A stretch of 20,000 bases of DNA from Promethearchaeota archaeon (GTDB lineage: Archaea; Asgardarchaeota; Lokiarchaeia; Sigyniarchaeales; Promethearchaeaceae): the NCBI GenBank assembly GCA_016933055.1, contig JAFGBS010000019.1, positions 154,927-174,926 on the forward strand, written 5' to 3'. The notes under the pieces were generated by a model. The model worked only from the letters and a program-made list of their open reading frames with translations. It ran no database searches and was not told the DNA's origin. A program made the translations under genes and the position numbers. This document shows positions 15,835 to 20,000 of the stretch, in pieces; within the stretch, counting starts at the first letter, position 1; each line of letters begins with the position of its first letter.

Positions 15835-16113
15835 TTATCCCGTCAATTTTTCTATTTTTGAGTGTAATGATTGAAAGCGAGTGAGGAATTGATCGAATAG
15901 TCTCTTTTGGCTGACAAATCGCTCTCGATTTGTTTCGATCCATATCTGAAGTTCAGTGTGAGTATCGGATAAAATAAGCCTAGTATCAGTGGCAATACTT
16001 GTAACTGATGGCGGTTCCAGAATCTTTACGATATGCAGAATACTTTTTTGCATGAAGATTTTTAAATCATCTTCACCGGATTTTTTAATCTCCCGATGCA
16101 GTTTTTCAAGCAT
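15835..16113 (-). CDS. Small helical protein, function unknown, translationally coupled to the upstream gene
   Basis: The track ORF starts at 16152. The ATG at 16113 (MLEKLHREIKKSGEDD) overlaps the stop of the upstream gene by 8 nt. Confidence 0.55.
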   Translation of the reverse strand: MLEKLHREIKKSGEDDLKIFMQKSILHIVKILEPPSVTSIATDTRLILSDTHTELQIWIETNRERFVSQKRLFDQFLTRFQSLHSKIEKLTG

Positions 16114-16885
16114 CCAATTCCTCTTCCACAATCGGTTTGAAATGTTTTGCAACCGATATTAATTCGATATCGGGGATAATCCTATCTTCAGCCAGTTCTT
16201 TCACGGGGTTCGTTTTTATTTTTGTGATTTCCGCAACATCTGATGGTCTTAATATTTCTCCTTTGAACAATTGTTTGATTTCTTTTACATAATCTCGCAT
16301 AAGATTGCCGGTATTTGGAGGAATATACTCAATCTTTTTTGGGGGATTTCGGGAGGGAGAAAGGGGGGGAGGTGTTGTTAATGGTTGCCCAGAAATCGGT
16401 ATATATTGGACTTGTGGTTTAGAATTAATTAGAGCCAATTTTAGCATTTCTTTCAAGTAATTCTGGGTTTCTTCCATTTCCTTTTTGATTACTAGTAATT
16501 CTGAACGTAAATTTTGGAGATCTACATGATCTTGAAGCAGAGATTGAATAACCATGTTAAATGTGAATCGTCCGTGACTTTTTTGACTCATGGTGCTTTT
16601 CATACGTTTAATGGTTTTATAGACTTGACCATCAATCGAAACTGATTTACGAGTTAGGGAATCTTTTGTCAACTCTTGAACGGGAATGTCCTTAAATATC
16701 GATCGAAACTTTGTTATTGTCCTCATACTGGAATTCTCTATTGTCTGCTTATTAATGGGTGGATGGGGTTTGGATCTCTTTGATTTGCTCGCTCTTTTAT
16801 GTTCAATAGGGTTCCCATCTTGTTCATGTTTCTTTTTTGGTGTCTTTTCACCGGATTGCTCTAAGATCATCATCTGATCTACCAT
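16106..16885 (-). CDS. Hypothetical protein with a ribbon-helix-helix-like segment, helical linker and proline-rich region
   Basis: RKSVSIDGQVYKTIKRMKSTMSQKSHGRFTFNMVIQSLLQDHVDL resembles a beta-strand followed by two helices (RHH-like). It is followed by a heptad-like helix, then TTPPPLSPSRNPPKKIEYIPPNTG. The N-terminus is Lys-rich and apparently disordered. Confidence 0.6.
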   Translation of the reverse strand: MVDQMMILEQSGEKTPKKKHEQDGNPIEHKRASKSKRSKPHPPINKQTIENSSMRTITKFRSIFKDIPVQELTKDSLTRKSVSIDGQVYKTIKRMKSTMSQKSHGRFTFNMVIQSLLQDHVDLQNLRSELLVIKKEMEETQNYLKEMLKLALINSKPQVQYIPISGQPLTTPPPLSPSRNPPKKIEYIPPNTGNLMRDYVKEIKQLFKGEILRPSDVAEITKIKTNPVKELAEDRIIPDIELISVAKHFKPIVEEELDA

Positions 16886-17123
16886 TGATAATCTAGCTTA
16901 ATCTGAGAAAAACTATATAAAATACCCTACTTGGAAAGCGAAAACGCGAAAATACCGATTGGAGAGAGAAATGAATTCTTTTCAACAATCGTTTGGGATT
17001 TAACATGTGGGACAATTTTTAAAAAAATATTTTACAGGGGTGTACCTTCATAATTGATCCAGTAGATATGTCAAATTCTTTGTTAATGAAAATCCTGGTA
17101 AATTTTATTAGATTGACATATAT

Positions 17124-17137
17124 TTTCTCATGAGAAA
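17124..17137. repeat. 14-bp perfect palindrome TTTCTCATGAGAAA
   Basis: Direct reading; centre between 17130 and 17131. Confidence 0.85.
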
Positions 17138-17140
17138 GTT

Positions 17141-17167
17141 ATCGTAAATTAAATTATAAATTACGAT
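17141..17167. repeat. Inverted repeat ATCGTAA-(13 nt)-TTACGAT
   Basis: Arms at 17141-17147 and 17161-17167, directly beside the 14-bp palindrome. Confidence 0.8.
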
Positions 17168-17391
17168 ATAAAGCATTTTCAATTATCGGTGTTCAATCAA
17201 GACTTAAACGAACTATTGTTCTCTATCCCATAAAACTCTACATTATTCTATTCCACATCGTGAATCATGTCTTTCTAATACTTTAAAAACCAGATATTCT
17301 AACGAAGGATTTAAATTAATATATCGAGAACTACATACTAGCCTTTATTCAAGGCAAAAATCCATTAATTAATTTCGGTGGGTTTGATATT

Positions 17392-18861
17392 ATGAAAAAG
17401 AATACTCGCCTTACTATATTATCGATTTTTCTAACATTGATGATAGGAATCGTGCCTTTTGTTTTTTTGATTAAACCAGCAGGGGCAAATAATGATAGAC
17501 TTTATTCTCCTGATGGAAAAGGATACATTGAAGAAATTCCCGAATACCCGGGGAAATACAGAATGCATTTAGAGGGAACTCCATATCAAATGGGAGAACA
17601 ACAAGGTTATCTCGGAGCCCGTAGTGTCAGTCGTCTTGCATCAGAGGATTGGTTTAAAAATATCGTGACCGGTTTATTAGATGCCCCCGACTTTATTTTA
17701 GACATAATTTTAGGAGATATTTTGGATTACAATCGTCTGGTAAATGTTGTGGGTAGTGTTGTGGATTATTCTATACTGCAAGCTGTGAAGTATGTTTCGG
17801 GAGATAGTATTGATACTATGTTGGACAAACTTCTTGTATTATGTCGCGCTCTGGTTGCACATAACATGATATATGTTCCAGAAGAGTTTCTAACAGAATG
17901 CCAAGGTGTCGCAGATGGTGCTAATACCGCTGGATACGATGATGTGACATATGAGGATGTTCTATTATTAAATATGGGAATGGATGCTCTTTTGGCACTA
18001 GCCTATCCCGTTGTAGAACCTTGGCTGTTTTGGATGGACTTATTCTCCTTCCTATCCTGTAGTGGTTATGTTGTAAAAGGATATGGTACAGTTGGCGGTC
18101 ATACAATTATGGGACGACACTGGCAGTTCTCCAGTTACGTTCTATTTGAAGAACTGATGATGATCGAATACAACCCAATAAGTGGAAATAGGTTCATTTC
18201 AACATCTGCTCCAGGATTCGTAGGATTGACAAGTGCAATGAATGATCAAGGAATAGGAATCGGTCAAGACATGGTACCTGCCCAAGACTGCGATCCAGCC
18301 AATTACGGGATGGGGACACTATTCACAGCTCGTTATGTTGCACAACATTGTGATCAATATTCGGAAGCAATTAATTTCATTACATCTTCTGTTCATGGAT
18401 GTTCATGGATTTATGGAATTGGAGATGGACGAAATGGAGAAACTGGTGGATGTGCCTTAGAGATATCAGATAATTATTATCGAGTTCGGGATATGAGATA
18501 TACTCGACCGTGGTGGGCTATCTTCTCATATGATACAATCGAAAAGAAAAATGATTTAGTGACGTGGACGAATCATTACATTTACGTACGGATGAATGAC
18601 CTAGCTGACTCGACTGCTATTGATGATTCGAAGAACAGATATAGTTGGCTAACGAATCTGGCATTAAATATGTATGGAACTATAGATCTACATAGTGGAG
18701 CAACATTAATTGACTATCTGCATCCTCCTAATTATAACTATTATACGGGCGGACCCGATATGCCGGTAGGCGCTTGCCTTACCGCTTGGGATCTCACCAC
18801 ATTGCAAGCTAAGGCATTATTTGGTCTGTACAGTGATCAGTGGGTTATTGTGACTTTTTAA
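17392..18861 (+). CDS. Secreted C45-family / phospholipase B-like Ntn hydrolase
   Basis: N-terminal signal/TM LTILSIFLTLMIGIVPFVFLI; LEGTPYQMGEQQGYLGA; CQGVADGANTAG; candidate nucleophile in LSCSGYVVKG; TVGGHTIMGRHWQF; SAPGFVGLTSAMNDQGIGIG, which is typical of acyl-CoA:6-APA acyltransferase/C45-like proteins. Confidence 0.78.
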   Translation: MKKNTRLTILSIFLTLMIGIVPFVFLIKPAGANNDRLYSPDGKGYIEEIPEYPGKYRMHLEGTPYQMGEQQGYLGARSVSRLASEDWFKNIVTGLLDAPDFILDIILGDILDYNRLVNVVGSVVDYSILQAVKYVSGDSIDTMLDKLLVLCRALVAHNMIYVPEEFLTECQGVADGANTAGYDDVTYEDVLLLNMGMDALLALAYPVVEPWLFWMDLFSFLSCSGYVVKGYGTVGGHTIMGRHWQFSSYVLFEELMMIEYNPISGNRFISTSAPGFVGLTSAMNDQGIGIGQDMVPAQDCDPANYGMGTLFTARYVAQHCDQYSEAINFITSSVHGCSWIYGIGDGRNGETGGCALEISDNYYRVRDMRYTRPWWAIFSYDTIEKKNDLVTWTNHYIYVRMNDLADSTAIDDSKNRYSWLTNLALNMYGTIDLHSGATLIDYLHPPNYNYYTGGPDMPVGACLTAWDLTTLQAKALFGLYSDQWVIVTF

Positions 18862-18896
18862 GTAAAGCGCCGATAGAATAAAATAATTCAAAATTC

Positions 18897-18906
18897 TTTT
18901 TTTTTT
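18897..18906 (+). terminator. Poly-T tract (T10) downstream of the C45-like gene
   Basis: Ten consecutive T about 36 nt after the stop codon, consistent with archaeal termination. Confidence 0.5.
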
Positions 18907-18953
18907 CAATCTTAAATCGTAAAATTAAAAATAGACCGCTTTTTAGAAATCTT

Positions 18954-18958
18954 GGTGA
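18954..18958 (+). promoter_or_regulatory. Shine-Dalgarno motif GGTGA for eS30
   Basis: GGTGA with a 6-nt spacer to the ATT codon at 18965. The same GGTGA is seen upstream of the fwdB and alcohol dehydrogenase genes. Confidence 0.65.
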
Positions 18959-18964
18959 CATAAA

Positions 18965-19180
18965 ATTCCAGGTTCGCATGGTTCACTTACAAAAGCAGGA
19001 AAAGTTCGGGGACAAACCCCTCAAGTACCTAAAACAGGCGTCAATTCTAAGAAGAAGAACATCCCACGGGTACGAAATCGAAACAATTACATAAAACGCA
19101 TAGTAAAGCATAAGTATGCTGGTCAAGCTACCAGTATGGGTGCTCAAAAGCATAATCGGAAGGTATCCGTAAGTAGATAA
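18965..19180 (+). CDS. rps30e: 30S ribosomal protein S30e (eS30), apparent ATT start codon
   Basis: Not in the ORF track. The frame reads (ATT)[70 protein letters not shown], matching the eS30 pattern ([14 protein letters not shown]...PRVRNRxNY). There are 72 codons including TAA. Confidence 0.9.
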   Translation: MPGSHGSLTKAGKVRGQTPQVPKTGVNSKKKNIPRVRNRNNYIKRIVKHKYAGQATSMGAQKHNRKVSVSR

Positions 19181-19234
19181 TCCTTTTCTCATTTTTCCTG
19201 TAATTTCTAATTTATGATTGCGTTTTAGAAAAAC

Positions 19235-19243
19235 CTATTTAAG
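19235..19243 (+). promoter_or_regulatory. Candidate TATA box for the tex-like gene (leaderless)
   Basis: CTATTTAAG is centred about 30 nt upstream of the ATG at 19270, and there is no obvious Shine-Dalgarno motif. Confidence 0.4.
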
Positions 19244-19269
19244 TTCTTAACATATTTCTTTATTAGATT

Positions 19270-20000
19270 ATGAGCGATAGCATGCAATTGCAAATTGATA
19301 CATCGAATATTATACGCCAAATAGCCTCTAAACTGCAACTGCGCCCTACTTATATATCCAATGCCATTAGCCTAATGGCAGAAGGGGGTACCGTCCCATT
19401 CATTGCACGATACCGCAAGGAACAAACGGGTGCTATGACTGAAAATGAACTTCGTGAAATCAAAGACTCTTATGAGGATTCTTATAAGCGAGAGGAACTA
19501 CGAATCCAAGTTCTAAAATCCATTCATCTGCAGGACAAGCTCACTCCAGAACTCAAGCAGAAAATCCTTACCGCAAAAACTCTTACAGAAATAGAGGATT
19601 TATACCTCCCGTACAAACCTAAGAGAAAAACATTAGCCACGAAAGCTTTAGAGAAGGGGTTAGGTCCTCTAGCTGAAATTATACGAGAAGAGCGACTTGA
19701 TGGGGACCGGGAGGAAATCTTAAATCGTTTTGTGAATGAGAAAAAAGGAGTGAAAGACACCAAGGAAGCCTTGAAAGGTGCTATCGATATTATTGCAGAA
19801 GATATTGGAAACCATGCAGATTTTCGTAAATACGTTAGGGAAGTGTGCTTTGAACGCTCCACCATAATTTCTAAAGTCGTTAAAAAATATGAACATCTTT
19901 TAAAGGAGAAACAAGAAAAAGAAGAAGATGCTGATGCAGCGGTTCTTCAAGAAATGATCCAGAAACGAGATGAATTAGAACGGCAAGGTGAAAAGGGTGA
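19270..20000 (+). CDS. tex: Tex-like RNA-binding transcription accessory protein (N-terminal part, truncated by window end)
   Basis: MSDSMQLQIDTSNIIRQIASKLQLRPTYISNAISLMAEGGTVPFIARYRKEQTGAMTENELREI...LTEIEDLYLPYKPKRKTLATKALEKGLGPLAEII matches the Tex N-terminus. The frame is open to 20000. Confidence 0.9.
   Translation, partial: MSDSMQLQIDTSNIIRQIASKLQLRPTYISNAISLMAEGGTVPFIARYRKEQTGAMTENELREIKDSYEDSYKREELRIQVLKSIHLQDKLTPELKQKILTAKTLTEIEDLYLPYKPKRKTLATKALEKGLGPLAEIIREERLDGDREEILNRFVNEKKGVKDTKEALKGAIDIIAEDIGNHADFRKYVREVCFERSTIISKVVKKYEHLLKEKQEKEEDADAAVLQEMIQKRDELERQGEKG

Noticed and set aside
15424-15943. Small ORFs at 15424-15804, 15435-15623 and 15761-15943 (all minus)
   Set aside because: Two are antisense to the well-supported saccharopine dehydrogenase-like CDS. 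The third straddles its 3' end and the convergent gene. None has recognisable motifs.
15835-16885. Confident toxin-antitoxin call for the RHH-like/small helical pair
   Set aside because: The first protein is much larger than a typical antitoxin and the second shows no known toxin motif, so it is kept as a hypothesis only.
18983-19192. 69-aa minus-strand ORF
   Set aside because: It lies antisense to the eS30 gene, whose plus-strand frame has clear family motifs.
19524-19865. 113-aa minus-strand ORF
   Set aside because: It is antisense to the strongly supported tex-like CDS and has a low-complexity Ser-rich translation.
1-20000. CRISPR array, Cas genes, transposase/IS ends, integrase or prophage
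   Set aside because: No regularly spaced repeats or recognisable mobile-element proteins were seen. The nuclease-helicase resembles Cas4/Dna2 folds only at superfamily level and has no Cas context.

Overview
This AT-rich window appears to be an archaeal chromosomal region. A stand-alone eS30 (S30e) ribosomal protein together with formylmethanofuran dehydrogenase genes suggests an Asgard or TACK-like lineage; that placement is inference. It encodes an alpha/beta hydrolase, an MBL-fold hydrolase, a minus-strand fwdD-fwdB-fwdE-like cluster, a nucleotide pyrophosphatase/phosphodiesterase-like protein, an XPD/DinG-type helicase with an N-terminal PD-(D/E)XK-like nuclease region, and tRNA-Thr(UGU). 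It also encodes a multi-pass acyltransferase-like protein, a zinc-type MDR dehydrogenase, a membrane-anchored C25 (gingipain-like) peptidase, a saccharopine dehydrogenase-like protein, a possible ribbon-helix-helix/coiled-coil gene pair, a secreted C45/Ntn-hydrolase-like protein, eS30, and the start of a Tex-like gene. Three items missing from the ORF track were recovered by reading the sequence: a complete 119-nt 5S rRNA (14372-14490, minus), the tRNA-Thr, and an eS30 gene (18965-19180) whose only credible start codon is ATT, preceded by a well-spaced GGTGA Shine-Dalgarno motif. I found no CRISPR array, transposon or clear defence island. The best leads are the ATT-initiated eS30, the orphan 5S gene, the nuclease-helicase fusion, the divergent FwdE-like protein, and the uncharacterised 16.1-16.9 kb gene pair with adjacent palindromes.
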